DNA from: Candidatus Saccharimonadota bacterium
GTDB taxonomy: Bacteria; Patescibacteriota; Saccharimonadia; Saccharimonadales; JACDBH01
NCBI GenBank assembly: GCA_028289135.1
Contig: JAQGGW010000005.1
Span: 2,941-66,940 of the forward strand
Length of the DNA stretch: 64,000 bases
Direction of reading: 5' to 3'
In this document: in pieces, positions 18,283-27,854 of the stretch
Numbering within the stretch: the stretch's first letter is position 1
Layout of the letters: the number at the start of each line of letters is the position of its first letter
Notes under the pieces: model-generated
What the model saw: the letters and a program-made list of their open reading frames with translations, nothing else
Database searches by the model: none
Told to the model about the DNA's origin: nothing
Program-made: the position numbers and the translations under genes

Positions 18283-20730
18283 GTGAAGCGCTACAGCCCA
18301 AAAGACATTGAATCCAAATGGCAAAAATACTGGGACGACAACCAGACTTATAAAGCCGACTTAAACAGCTCAAAGCCAAAATATATCGGCATGAGCATGT
18401 TCAACTACCCAAGCGGCGCCGGCATCCATATTGGGCACGCCATGAACTACACCATTTCTGATGTTATGGCACGTTTTAAGCGCCAGCAAGGTTTTGAGAG
18501 CTATCATCCAGTGGGCTGGGACGCTTTTGGTTTGCCGGCCGAAAACTACGCTATTAAAGCTGGAGTTTCGCCGCAAGAAAGCATGGCCAAGATTATCCCG
18601 GATTATCATAAGCAATATAAGGCCATGGGCTGGAGCAACGATTGGTCCAAAGAGATTGCCACGCACGAGCCTAAGTACTACAAATGGAGCCAGTGGATTT
18701 TTACTCAAATGCACAAACACGGCTTGGCCTACCAAGACAGCCGTATGCAATGGTGGTGCGAAAAGGACAATACGGTGCTTGCCAACGAACAGGTGATTGA
18801 CGGCAAATGCTGGCGCCACGATGGCCCAGAAGACCCTTTGGTCGAAAAAAAAGAAATTAAACAGTGGTTTTTTAAGATTACCGACTATGCTGATGAACTT
18901 TTGGAAGCAACTGATGCCTTGGACTGGACTCCATCAGTAAAGTTGGCCCAGAAAAACTGGATTGGAAGAAGTGAGGGAGCTGAAGTTACTTACAAAGTGC
19001 AAGATTCAGAGCATTCAATAACTGTGTTTACCACAGCCTATGACACAATGTACGGCACGACATTCTTGGTTGTGGCGCCAGAGCATGAACTTGTACCGTT
19101 TTTGACCGACCCAGAACACTTGGCAGAAGTTGAAGCTTATCAAAAAGCAACATTCTTAAAATCCGAACTTGAACGCCAAGCCGAAAAAGAAAAAACCGGT
19201 GTCTTTACCGGTGCATACGCAATTAATCCTTTGAGCGGAAGACCTGTGCCTGTGTGGATTGCAGATTATGTTCTGGTAGGTTATGGAACGGGTGCTGTTA
19301 TGGGCGTGCCTGGCGAAGACGAGCGCGATTACGAATTTGCTCAGAAATTTGGTTTGGATATTATCTACACCACCAAGCAGCAAGAATTTGTTTCTGACAC
19401 TGATATTAAGGCAAATCCTGAGAAATACATCATTGCTAACTCAGAAGAGTTTGACGGCATGACATTTTTGGAAGGCCGCCCAAAAATTCTCGCAAAATTA
19501 GTGTCTGTAGGTGCTGGAGTTGCAAAAGTAAACTACCGTCTCCGTGACTGGAGTGTTGGCCGCCAGCGCTACTGGGGCGCGCCGATCCCGATAATCAACT
19601 GCGAAAAGTGCGGACAGGTTTTGGTGCCAGAAGAAGATTTGCCGGTGGTTTTGCCAGAGCTAAAAGACTTTCAGCCCAATGGCGACGGCCGAAGCGCTTT
19701 GGCGCGCGCAACCGAGTGGCTAAAAGTACCGTGCCCGCAGTGTGGCGGCGAGGGCGAGCGCGAAACTGACACGCTGGACACCTACATTTGCAGCAGCTGG
19801 TACATGCTCCGCTATCTTGACCCAGACAATGACCAAGCGCCCTTTGGTAGTGAAGTTGCCAACAAGTGGATGCCGGTAGACTTCTATAACGGCGCCGACC
19901 ACGCCACAGCGCATATGATCTACGCCCGTTTTGTAACGCGCTTTTTCCACAAGATTGGTTTGCTAGAAAACCCTGAGCCATTTAAGAAATTTTTGTATAA
20001 CGGCAAAGTAACGGCAGCAAACGGCGAAATGTTTAGTAAAAGCAAAGGCAATGGCGTTGACCCGCTAGAAATCATTGCCCAAGGCTACGGTGCCGACGCG
20101 CTAAGGACCTACCTGATGTTTGCCGCCCCACTAGACCTTTGGGTTAAATGGGACCCGCAGGGTGTCCCCGGAACCTTCCGGTTTATTAACCGTGTTTGGA
20201 ACATTACCCAAGACTTTTTAGAAGCAAAAACCACCGACGAGAATGATGAAAAAGTTTTGCAGGCCATCCACCCCGCCATCAAAAAGGTAACAGAAGACCT
20301 CGAAACCCAAAAATATAACACCGCCATCGCGACGCTCATGAAAGCCACCAATGACCTCTATGAATACAAGGCAAAAACTGGCATAAAGAGCGAAAAAGAC
20401 TGGCGTTTTGCCGCTGAGTCACTGGTTATGATGATGGGGCCGTTCGCGCCGCACGCCGCCGAAGAGTTGTGGCACGACCTTGGACACACAGACACGCTCC
20501 AGCGCGACCACTGGCCAGTTTATGAGGAAAAGTACCTCACGAGTAATACTATGACGATTGCCATCCAGGTAAACGGCAAACTCAGAGGTACCATTTCTGT
20601 AGCATCAGACGCATCCAAAGAAGATATCATTGCCGCCGCAAGCTCAGACGAAAAAGTAAAAACATACCTTGTCAGCGAGCCAAAAAAGACTATCTACGTC
20701 CCTGGCAAGCTCGTTAGCTTCGTTGTCTAA
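18283..20730 (+). CDS. leuS: Leucyl-tRNA synthetase (GTG start)
   Basis: 815 aa with the HIGH motif (GIHIGHAMNY), a KMSKS-like MFSKSKGN, and the CP1 editing domain. Confidence 0.96.
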   Translation: MKRYSPKDIESKWQKYWDDNQTYKADLNSSKPKYIGMSMFNYPSGAGIHIGHAMNYTISDVMARFKRQQGFESYHPVGWDAFGLPAENYAIKAGVSPQESMAKIIPDYHKQYKAMGWSNDWSKEIATHEPKYYKWSQWIFTQMHKHGLAYQDSRMQWWCEKDNTVLANEQVIDGKCWRHDGPEDPLVEKKEIKQWFFKITDYADELLEATDALDWTPSVKLAQKNWIGRSEGAEVTYKVQDSEHSITVFTTAYDTMYGTTFLVVAPEHELVPFLTDPEHLAEVEAYQKATFLKSELERQAEKEKTGVFTGAYAINPLSGRPVPVWIADYVLVGYGTGAVMGVPGEDERDYEFAQKFGLDIIYTTKQQEFVSDTDIKANPEKYIIANSEEFDGMTFLEGRPKILAKLVSVGAGVAKVNYRLRDWSVGRQRYWGAPIPIINCEKCGQVLVPEEDLPVVLPELKDFQPNGDGRSALARATEWLKVPCPQCGGEGERETDTLDTYICSSWYMLRYLDPDNDQAPFGSEVANKWMPVDFYNGADHATAHMIYARFVTRFFHKIGLLENPEPFKKFLYNGKVTAANGEMFSKSKGNGVDPLEIIAQGYGADALRTYLMFAAPLDLWVKWDPQGVPGTFRFINRVWNITQDFLEAKTTDENDEKVLQAIHPAIKKVTEDLETQKYNTAIATLMKATNDLYEYKAKTGIKSEKDWRFAAESLVMMMGPFAPHAAEELWHDLGHTDTLQRDHWPVYEEKYLTSNTMTIAIQVNGKLRGTISVASDASKEDIIAAASSDEKVKTYLVSEPKKTIYVPGKLVSFVV

Positions 20731-21227
20731 CCCCCTAGTATGTATCCTGCAAAACTCGGCCTTACCGTTACAGCGTCTGGAATAATGACATCTGTTGGGC
20801 CGCTCATTTGAACGTCGGGCTGTAGATCTAAAGCTGCGTTATCAGCTTGTATCACGGCCTCAGCTTCGATTAGACATGCGTTGCTGCCGTTCACGATACC
20901 TACAATTTGTCTGGCGGCTTTTTCTACATTCTGGCTGTAATCGATAGTAACTACCTCGGTGTTTGGCGAAAATGTACAATCTTGTAACTCATCATACCGA
21001 AGCTTCTTGACGCCAATATAACCACCCAAAGCTAGAATAGCTGTCATTGTAAGCATAACTACTCCCCGGCCTTCATGGCCACGGACATTCCGACTATCTT
21101 TACCTTTAATAGGCTGCAACTTTACGCCTGGGTCTAAATAATCCTTATTCGTACGAACATACGAATCCGAACTGTTACCTGAGGTATACATAGTAGATAT
21201 TATACACCTTAATGGTATATAAGTCAA
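20727..21227 (-). CDS. Hypothetical single-pass membrane protein
   Basis: 166-aa ORF convergent with leuS (4-nt overlap of stops). One TM helix (VVMLTMTAILALGGYIGV). Start uncertain; M13 is an alternative. Confidence 0.55.
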   Translation of the reverse strand: MTYIPLRCIISTMYTSGNSSDSYVRTNKDYLDPGVKLQPIKGKDSRNVRGHEGRGVVMLTMTAILALGGYIGVKKLRYDELQDCTFSPNTEVVTIDYSQNVEKAARQIVGIVNGSNACLIEAEAVIQADNAALDLQPDVQMSGPTDVIIPDAVTVRPSFAGYILGG

Positions 21228-21349
21228 GCATAAGCTCTAGCACAATACAGCCAATGATGTCCAAAGGGTTGTTTTATAGGAGTAAAACAGATATAATGCA
21301 AAAGAATTTACTACTTAACTAATGGTTAGAGAAGGAGCTTGTTTCAGAT

Positions 21350-21523
21350 ATGGGTAAGCCAAAGAAACGCACATCGCCCCGTCGAACGGGTACACGCCGC
21401 AGCCACCTTGTTATCAAGCTGGCTCGCAGTGTCAACGGCAAATCGCCGGTGAAAGCTTTTACGACACGCAAAGAATACGGCAAGAAAACTGCTGATTCCG
21501 CGTCTACGTCAAAGGCTGAATAG
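21350..21523 (+). CDS. rpmF: 50S ribosomal protein bL32
   Basis: 57-aa ORF below the ORF-track cutoff: MGKPKKRTSPRRTGTRRSH... matches the L32 N-terminal pattern PK.RTS..R...RRSH. GAAGGAG RBS at 21331-21337. Confidence 0.8.
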   Translation: MGKPKKRTSPRRTGTRRSHLVIKLARSVNGKSPVKAFTTRKEYGKKTADSASTSKAE

Positions 21524-21570
21524 GGTATACTGGTAACAATAGGTTACCTTAAGCGGAAATTAACAATTTT

Positions 21571-22038
21571 ATGGCATCGAATCGTCACTTAGGTCGCATT
21601 GTCGCACTGCAAACGCTGTACGAACAGGATTTTCGCTTAGAGGCGGGTGATATCTCGTTTGATCTTTTAGAGGTGTTGGATCGCAACATAGGCCGCTACA
21701 AAGAGACAATCGAAGACACCAAGTTCATCAAGAGCTTGGTAGAGGGTGTCACTAAAGAGGCTAAGAAGCTGGACGCCTTACTGCAGCCTCTGGCGCCAGA
21801 ATGGCCGATTGACCAGATTGCGCGTATGGACAGGGTGACGCTCCAGATGGGAGCCTACGAGCTGCTTCATAGCAAGGAAGTACCGCCAAAAGTGGTCATC
21901 AACGAAGCCGTGGAGCTTGCCAAAGCCTTTGGGGGTGATAACAGCTCCAAGTTCATCAATGGTGTGCTTGGGACGCTTCTCCGACAACAAGACGCCGACA
22001 AGGCCGCCAAGGCAGAGACACCGAAGCCTAAAAAATAA
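21571..22038 (+). CDS. nusB: Transcription antitermination factor NusB
   Basis: 155 aa. RIVALQTLYE start and the NEAVELAK..G......FINGVLG pattern are typical of NusB. Confidence 0.9.
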   Translation: MASNRHLGRIVALQTLYEQDFRLEAGDISFDLLEVLDRNIGRYKETIEDTKFIKSLVEGVTKEAKKLDALLQPLAPEWPIDQIARMDRVTLQMGAYELLHSKEVPPKVVINEAVELAKAFGGDNSSKFINGVLGTLLRQQDADKAAKAETPKPKK

Positions 22039-22099
22039 CCGTTTAACACTAGATAATCGTTCAACAACCAGCCCAAATTAATTCAGGCAGTTAGAAACT

Positions 22100-22597
22100 A
22101 TGAAAAGACCTAAACCAATCAGAGGAATCAAAACATTCGTTACCCGCCGCCGGCCGGCTATTAACGAAGTTGTCCGCGAACCGACTTCTGGCGGTATTGT
22201 ATTCCGCCATACAAAAAGCGGCGGCATTGAATTTTTGCTGATCCAAGACGCCAAAAACCGCTGGACCATCCCTAAAGGCCACATCGAAGAGGGCGAAGAG
22301 TCCAAGCAAACAGCCGCCCGCGAGATTACCGAAGAAACCGGCCTGCAGGAAATGGACGTTTTGAGCTGGCTGGGCAAAATCAGCTTCCGTTACCGCCGCG
22401 TCCAGAGCCTTGTGCTTATGACAACCGACATTTTCTTGGTCCGAGCCAAAGGCGACAGTGACAAACTGGTGCCAGAAGATTGGATGAATGATGTTAAGTG
22501 GCTCGACAGCAAAGATGCTTTGGACAAGATTGAGTACGAAGATATCGGTAAATTAATGCTGGTCGCTCTTAGTAAAATTCGAAAGGAAAAACTATAG
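22100..22597 (+). CDS. NUDIX hydrolase
   Basis: Nudix box GHIEEGEESKQTAAREITEETGL (G.5E.7REU.EE.GU). Confidence 0.88.
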   Translation: MKRPKPIRGIKTFVTRRRPAINEVVREPTSGGIVFRHTKSGGIEFLLIQDAKNRWTIPKGHIEEGEESKQTAAREITEETGLQEMDVLSWLGKISFRYRRVQSLVLMTTDIFLVRAKGDSDKLVPEDWMNDVKWLDSKDALDKIEYEDIGKLMLVALSKIRKEKL

Positions 22598-23296
22598 ATG
22601 GATAGCGCGCAATATATTGCGTTTGCAAAAGATGTTTTGGGGCTTGAATTCAACGATATCCAATACCTTATAACAGCTTTTACTCACCGCTCTTACTTAA
22701 ACGAACACCGTAAAACCGTATCTGAGCACAACGAACGGCTCGAATTTTTGGGTGACGCCGTGCTGGAGCTGGTCGTTACCGAGTATCTTTACAGCAACTA
22801 CGCCGAACCGGAAGGCATTTTGACCAACTGGCGCAGTTCACTCGTACGCACCGAGAGCATTAGTGCGGCGGCGCTTAAACTTGGCTATGAGCCGCTCCTG
22901 CGCCTTTCACGCGGCGAAAAGCGCGGAACCGACCGAGCACGCGCCCAGATTCTGGCCAACTGTTTTGAAGCCGTGATTGGCGCGATTTACCTTGACCTTG
23001 GCTACGACGCTGCCAAAGGCTTGATTGACAGCGCAATCTTAACGACTTTTGCCGAAATATTGTCCAGCGGTTCATGGCTGGATGCAAAGTCGCGGCTGCA
23101 GGAAGTTGCCCAAAGCCAGCTCGGCGCCACCCCTGTTTATAAGGTGGTCGAAGAAGTCGGCCCCGACCACGACAAAATCTTTACTATTGCCGCCGAAGTT
23201 GACGGCAAAATTTACGGCAGCGGCAAAGGCCCGTCCAAACAAGCCGCCCAGCAAGTTGCCGCCGAAGCCGCACTAAAAAAACTCGAAAAGAAATAG
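22598..23296 (+). CDS. rnc: Ribonuclease III
   Basis: ERLEFLGDAVL signature and a C-terminal dsRBD (GSGKGPSKQAAQQVAA). Confidence 0.95.
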   Translation: MDSAQYIAFAKDVLGLEFNDIQYLITAFTHRSYLNEHRKTVSEHNERLEFLGDAVLELVVTEYLYSNYAEPEGILTNWRSSLVRTESISAAALKLGYEPLLRLSRGEKRGTDRARAQILANCFEAVIGAIYLDLGYDAAKGLIDSAILTTFAEILSSGSWLDAKSRLQEVAQSQLGATPVYKVVEEVGPDHDKIFTIAAEVDGKIYGSGKGPSKQAAQQVAAEAALKKLEKK

Positions 23297-23338
23297 CCTA
23301 TTTGCAAAGTATCATAGGAAGAGTATGGTATTGGCAAT

Positions 23339-23650
23339 ATGACAAAAAAGGACATTGCCTTAATAATAAGTATTGGTCTTATCTCAAGTGGATTATATGT
23401 ATTTGAACACAGGGCAGCTAGTCGGACAGTCAATCAACCTACTCATCAAACAACTCCTTCAGTAACCTTGCCAAAAGAAGTGACTACTAATCTATCTGAG
23501 AATCCACATGTATCACCCGAATGTGAGGGATATTCAACAACCGATCCGTACAATATGCCTGCTTTTGACCAATTCAATGCACAATGCGATCTAGAACAAA
23601 AGTTAAATGAAGTAGCCCCATTAGCTACGCAATATCATGGCGTGCAATAA
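23339..23650 (+). CDS. Hypothetical small membrane-anchored protein
   Basis: 103 aa with an N-terminal TM helix (IALIISIGLISSGLYVF). Confidence 0.5.
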   Translation: MTKKDIALIISIGLISSGLYVFEHRAASRTVNQPTHQTTPSVTLPKEVTTNLSENPHVSPECEGYSTTDPYNMPAFDQFNAQCDLEQKLNEVAPLATQYHGVQ

Positions 23651-23787
23651 TGAATGAACGCAATAGAATTATTGGCAGTGTGATCTTCTGCATAATCTTG
23701 GCAATAGCTATCATTTGGTCATCTACCCAGCGAGACGCCCAACCAGATGCAGCACCAACAACCTGCGAACGGGTTGGCAGCTGTTAA
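23650..23787 (+). CDS. Possible 45-aa membrane peptide (below ORF cutoff)
   Basis: ATG overlaps the upstream stop (TAATG). Translation MNERNRIIGSVIFCIILAIAIIW... gives one TM helix. No other support. Confidence 0.3.
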   Translation: MNERNRIIGSVIFCIILAIAIIWSSTQRDAQPDAAPTTCERVGSC

Positions 23788-23871
23788 TATTTGTTAAGTC
23801 TTTGCATAAGTAAAGTTACAGTTACATTGGTACTAACTAACTAGCAGTTTTACACTCGCCTGTGGGGTATG

Positions 23872-23900
23872 TTGACAACAGGGGCGTATATCTGTAAAAT
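23872..23900 (+). promoter_or_regulatory. Sigma70-like promoter of rpsP
   Basis: TTGACA (23872-23877), 17-nt spacer, TAAAAT (23895-23900). Confidence 0.55.
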
Positions 23901-23948
23901 AGGATAAGATTATTTATTAAGTCTAAAGTGTTAGGAAAAGATCTACAT

Positions 23949-24527
23949 ATGCTCGCTATCCGCATGCAACGCACTGGCCGCAAAGGCCACGCCCAATTTC
24001 GTTTAATCGTCCAGGAATCCCGCCGTACTCCTTCAAGCGGTAATGTTGTTGCTGCGCTTGGTAGTTATGATCCGCACACCAAAGCCGTTATTTTGGATAA
24101 AGAAGTGGCTCAAAAATTCCTAGACAACGGCGCACAGCCATCACCTCGTATGGTTATGATCATGCAAAAAGAAGGCATCAAGCTTCCATCTTGGGTAAAA
24201 GTAGACGACAAGCGCACTAAGAGCATCAAACACACCGAAAAACTCCGCCGCAACCAGACTCCAGAACCAGTTGAAGAAGTAGCAGCCGAAGAAGTTGTTG
24301 CAGACGCTCCAGCCGAAGTTGTTGAAACTCCAGAAACCGCTGAAGCTGAAGCGCCACTAGCTGAGACTCCAGTTGAAGAAACTCCAGCAGCCGAAGAAGC
24401 TGCCCCAGAAGAAGCGGTAGAGACAGAAGCCGAAGCTGAAACCGAAGAAGTTACGGCCGAAGCAGAGTCCAGCACTTCTTCAGATAGTGCTGCGGAAACT
24501 ACTGAACCGACCGAAGAAAAAGCCTAA
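23949..24527 (+). CDS. rpsP: 30S ribosomal protein bS16 with a long acidic E/A/T-rich C-terminal extension
   Basis: MLAIRMQRTGRKGHAQFRLIV... is the S16 N-terminus. The track ORF begins 21 nt upstream at a GTG; the ATG at 23949 fits the family start. About 110 aa of low-complexity tail. Confidence 0.9.
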   Translation: MLAIRMQRTGRKGHAQFRLIVQESRRTPSSGNVVAALGSYDPHTKAVILDKEVAQKFLDNGAQPSPRMVMIMQKEGIKLPSWVKVDDKRTKSIKHTEKLRRNQTPEPVEEVAAEEVVADAPAEVVETPETAEAEAPLAETPVEETPAAEEAAPEEAVETEAEAETEEVTAEAESSTSSDSAAETTEPTEEKA

Positions 24528-24614
24528 AAAACGTCATATTTCCGTGTAATAAACCAATAGCGTTTTGTGGGACGGCTCTGTATAATAATTTCCAGAAACC
24601 TGAGGAGGCACTCC

Positions 24615-25172
24615 ATGAGCAGTATCGACCAACAATTCATTGAATATATTGTAAAATCATTAGTCGGCAATCCAGAAGAGGTCAAAATTGACCGCCGGAT
24701 CGACGAAAAGGGCGTTCTTTTGGAGCTTACCGTTGATCCAGAAGACCTTGGACGAGTTATTGGTAAGCGCGGCGCCACCGCCCAAAGCTTAAGAACACTG
24801 CTTCGCGCGCTTGGCACCAAGAACGAAGCCCGTTATAACCTCAAGATTATCGACAACGGCGAACCACGTCCACCGCGCGATGACGCCGGCAACTCAGACG
24901 ACCACAACAGCTCAAGCGATGACCATCAAAGCAATGATTCTACGAGCAGCGACGACAGTGCAGCTGTAGCCTCAAACGATGACTCCAGTGCAGCAACTGA
25001 CGATTCTTCTAGCTCAAGCGACAGCGGTGACTCATGGTCCAGCTCTCCAGCGCCAAAGTCCAAAGCCTCTGATGACCTAGAACTGGACGATGAAGACGAA
25101 ATAAAAAGCAACAGTGACAAGATGAGCAAAACCCGCGAAGAGCTAAACGACCTCGATGACCTAGATATATAA
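24615..25172 (+). CDS. KH-domain RNA-binding protein (KhpA/YlqC-like) with a Ser/Asp-rich C-terminal extension
   Basis: The KH core contains RVIGKRGATAQSLRTLL. GAGGAGG RBS lies 8 nt before the ATG at 24615. The track ORF starts upstream at 24567. Confidence 0.85.
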   Translation: MSSIDQQFIEYIVKSLVGNPEEVKIDRRIDEKGVLLELTVDPEDLGRVIGKRGATAQSLRTLLRALGTKNEARYNLKIIDNGEPRPPRDDAGNSDDHNSSSDDHQSNDSTSSDDSAAVASNDDSSAATDDSSSSSDSGDSWSSSPAPKSKASDDLELDDEDEIKSNSDKMSKTREELNDLDDLDI

Positions 25173-25209
25173 CCTGGCCACACATCTTGGCACATACGCC
25201 CTCTTGAAA

Positions 25210-25746
25210 CTAAGCAAACGCTTCAAAAAAAACCTTTTGATCGCCTTCGTACAGAGGTGCAGCGGAATGTGCTTGGTCGAGCATATTGAATGATGCTAAC
25301 TGCCCACTTTTAGGCTGCGCCCAATCAAACTCAAATGGTAAACCTGGTTGCACAATAAGAGCATCTTCTTGCAACTGAAATACATCCTCTGCTCGGTATT
25401 CTAATAACTCTGGAGGATAATTTGAATAGAATATTGGCGTTACCCGGTCCTTATTAGCAACTATTAATACATATTTAGTTAGCTTGGCGGCTGCCGAGGT
25501 TTTTTCCTCGATTTCATAATGTATATCACTAAATAGAGTTTTGCCATTTCCTGCATATCCTCGGAATCTATCTTGCGCACTACGATCGCATGGACTACCA
25601 CTTGCTTTAGTAACAAGAGTACGAAAAATGTTCTGGGCGTTTAGGTACACAGGATTATCAATAGGGCGTCTAATAATGGCCTCAAAATTACCTAACAATT
25701 CTTGTTGGATGTCGGCAGGCAAGAAAATATCATGAAACCTGTACAT
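25210..25746 (-). CDS. Hypothetical protein (178 aa) on the opposite strand inside the rpsP-trmD cluster
   Basis: Intact ORF, no recognisable motif. It occupies the position where rimM usually sits but does not resemble RimM. Confidence 0.55.
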   Translation of the reverse strand: MYRFHDIFLPADIQQELLGNFEAIIRRPIDNPVYLNAQNIFRTLVTKASGSPCDRSAQDRFRGYAGNGKTLFSDIHYEIEEKTSAAAKLTKYVLIVANKDRVTPIFYSNYPPELLEYRAEDVFQLQEDALIVQPGLPFEFDWAQPKSGQLASFNMLDQAHSAAPLYEGDQKVFFEAFA

Positions 25747-25758
25747 AATTTATGCATA

Positions 25759-25767
25759 TGATATAAT
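25759..25767 (+). promoter_or_regulatory. Extended -10 element (TGATATAAT) 7 nt upstream of the trmD ATG
   Basis: TG-n-TATAAT at 25759-25767; ATG at 25775; no RBS in between. This fits a leaderless transcript. Confidence 0.4.
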
Positions 25768-25774
25768 AAAAACA

Positions 25775-26413
25775 ATGAAAATACAAGTTATAACACTTTT
25801 CCCCGAGATGTTCACAGGTGTATGGGGTGCTAGCATGCTCTGGAAGGCCCAGGACCGCGGTATAGTGCAATATAGCACAATTGACCTCCGCACTTTTGGC
25901 CTCGGCTCTAGGCGCACTGTAGACGACACACCATACGGCGGCGGAGACGGTATGCTGCTCAAGCCAGAGCCTGTTGTGGCCGCAATCGAAGCGGCGAAAA
26001 AGAATGATCCTGATGCCTTAGTACTGCTGCCAACGCCACGCGGAAAGCTTTATAAACAGTCAGACGCCAAGCGCCTAGCTGCCGGCGGCAAAGGGCTAAT
26101 CATCGTTTGCCCGCGCTACGAAGGCTATGACGAACGCATTACTGCCTGGGTTGACGAACAAGTCTGCATTGGCAACTATGTGCTAACTGGCGGTGAACTG
26201 CCAGCCATGACCATTATCGACAGCGTTGTGCGCCTTCTGCCAGGAGTTCTGGGCGGCGAACATTCGGCCGAGATTGAATCTTTCCAGGATGACGACGAAA
26301 CGGTGGAGTACCCGCAGTATACCCGCCCTGTTGAATTCAGAGGCATGAAAGTGCCTGAAGTATTGCAAAACGGACATCACGGCGAAATCGCCAAATGGCG
26401 CAAGGACCAATAA
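25775..26413 (+). CDS. trmD: tRNA (guanine37-N1)-methyltransferase
   Basis: 212 aa. ITLFPEMF start, DDTPYGGG and YVLTGGELPAM motifs of TrmD. Confidence 0.94.
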   Translation: MKIQVITLFPEMFTGVWGASMLWKAQDRGIVQYSTIDLRTFGLGSRRTVDDTPYGGGDGMLLKPEPVVAAIEAAKKNDPDALVLLPTPRGKLYKQSDAKRLAAGGKGLIIVCPRYEGYDERITAWVDEQVCIGNYVLTGGELPAMTIIDSVVRLLPGVLGGEHSAEIESFQDDDETVEYPQYTRPVEFRGMKVPEVLQNGHHGEIAKWRKDQ

Positions 26414-27129
26414 TGAACAAGATTGGTGATCTTGCAAAAAAACGCGCGCAAAAAGATGCTGCACAGATCCAAACCGAAATTCCAACGCCAGTAATTCACG
26501 AAAATATAAAGCGAGCGCCATTCAATACTCTTGACTTAGATTATCTGATAAAAAAAGAAAGTTTTACTGCCCGTGTACAAAAGGTCATGGATGCAACGTT
26601 TTCACGAACACAAATACCCGGTCAACGGGTTGAGGTTACCGAGCCGAATGTAGGTTTGGAGGAAAGTTCAGTAATCGGTGGTTTACTTTATCCTTTATCT
26701 ACGTCTGAAGAAGTTATGACAAGTATGGGTTTTCCAACTTATATCTGGGATGTTTTAGCGATTAAACCAAAAAAGGCTATGGAACTTGCCGCATCATCAA
26801 CCATTGCTTTTGCGAGTATGCATAAATGGTTTAGAACACTAAGAAATGCTCAACACGAAGCAGTTACAAAACAACTCAAAAGAGCAGATATGAGCATAGC
26901 TAAGCCACAGCTTTGGATGCCAGAAGCATTTTCAGATGGTATCTCAGTTCAAACAGAAATGACTGCAATTCATCGTACGGCAGCACGAGTTGCGCTGACT
27001 GTGTGCGGCATGAGCCCGCTGTCTGTGCCGTCAAATGAGGGCTATCCTCCGCTTCATTTAGCAGCTCTTGCTGATCCATTTACAAACAACCAGGCAGTCC
27101 GCCTGCATGACACAATTGTTCTAGCCTAG
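26413..27129 (+). CDS. Hypothetical protein
   Basis: ATG overlaps the trmD stop (TAATG). The track ORF begins 18 nt earlier, inside trmD. No motif recognised. Confidence 0.55.
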   Translation: MNKIGDLAKKRAQKDAAQIQTEIPTPVIHENIKRAPFNTLDLDYLIKKESFTARVQKVMDATFSRTQIPGQRVEVTEPNVGLEESSVIGGLLYPLSTSEEVMTSMGFPTYIWDVLAIKPKKAMELAASSTIAFASMHKWFRTLRNAQHEAVTKQLKRADMSIAKPQLWMPEAFSDGISVQTEMTAIHRTAARVALTVCGMSPLSVPSNEGYPPLHLAALADPFTNNQAVRLHDTIVLA

Positions 27130-27780
27130 AATATTAACGGCGCGGGCGGCAACCAGGGCGATAGTGAGCAGTGAAGTAATTGACTGCAAAGTCATCAGCA
27201 GTTTTGACCGGTGTGTGAGCGGCAAAGTGTCGGTTGGGCTAAAAGCAGTCGCATTAGTAACCGAGACGTATAGATAATCAAAAAAGGTTGGGTTCCAATC
27301 GGCCGATTTGTCCATACTCATCTGCGGAAACAAAAAATCCACAGGTTTTACGGCGGCAGATTGGCCTTGGACGCCGTTGCTGTCAAGTTCCCAATACCAC
27401 AAGCCAAAGATAATTATATTGGTAAGGTAGATGGCCAGGCCAGAAACAATCAACTGGCGTCCCGTCACATCGCTTTTGGTAAATAAACTGTCGATTACTA
27501 AAATAAGAGATGTAATGTTGGACAAAGAAATAATAGCTATCAAGACAACAGCCAGCGTCCGGCGAAGGTGCGAGGAAAGCTGTTTTCTAAAAGGTCCAAA
27601 CACAGCAAGAGCCAGCAAAAGCAAAACCTCCAGCCCAACAATCAGATAGCGCGGGCCAACAACAAGCTTACTGCTCAGAAGCAGCTGCAAAACAATAGCC
27701 ACCAAAACGGCAACTTGCACATGCCAAACAGGCTCTTTTTTATCACGATGCTGCAAGCTAGCAAGTTTCATCACCATCAT
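27121..27780 (-). CDS. DUF1345-like integral membrane protein
   Basis: 219 aa with 5-6 TM helices. LWYWELD ... FLFPQM ... FDYLYVSVTNATAFSPTD ... ARAVNIL matches my memory of the DUF1345 pattern. Confidence 0.7.
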   Translation of the reverse strand: MMVMKLASLQHRDKKEPVWHVQVAVLVAIVLQLLLSSKLVVGPRYLIVGLEVLLLLALAVFGPFRKQLSSHLRRTLAVVLIAIISLSNITSLILVIDSLFTKSDVTGRQLIVSGLAIYLTNIIIFGLWYWELDSNGVQGQSAAVKPVDFLFPQMSMDKSADWNPTFFDYLYVSVTNATAFSPTDTLPLTHRSKLLMTLQSITSLLTIALVAARAVNILG

Positions 27781-27854
27781 AGTAATACAAATTTCTTACA
27801 ATAGACAGAAGATGCACGGTGTAGAATAAAAGTAGCACTAATCAGGAGGAAATT

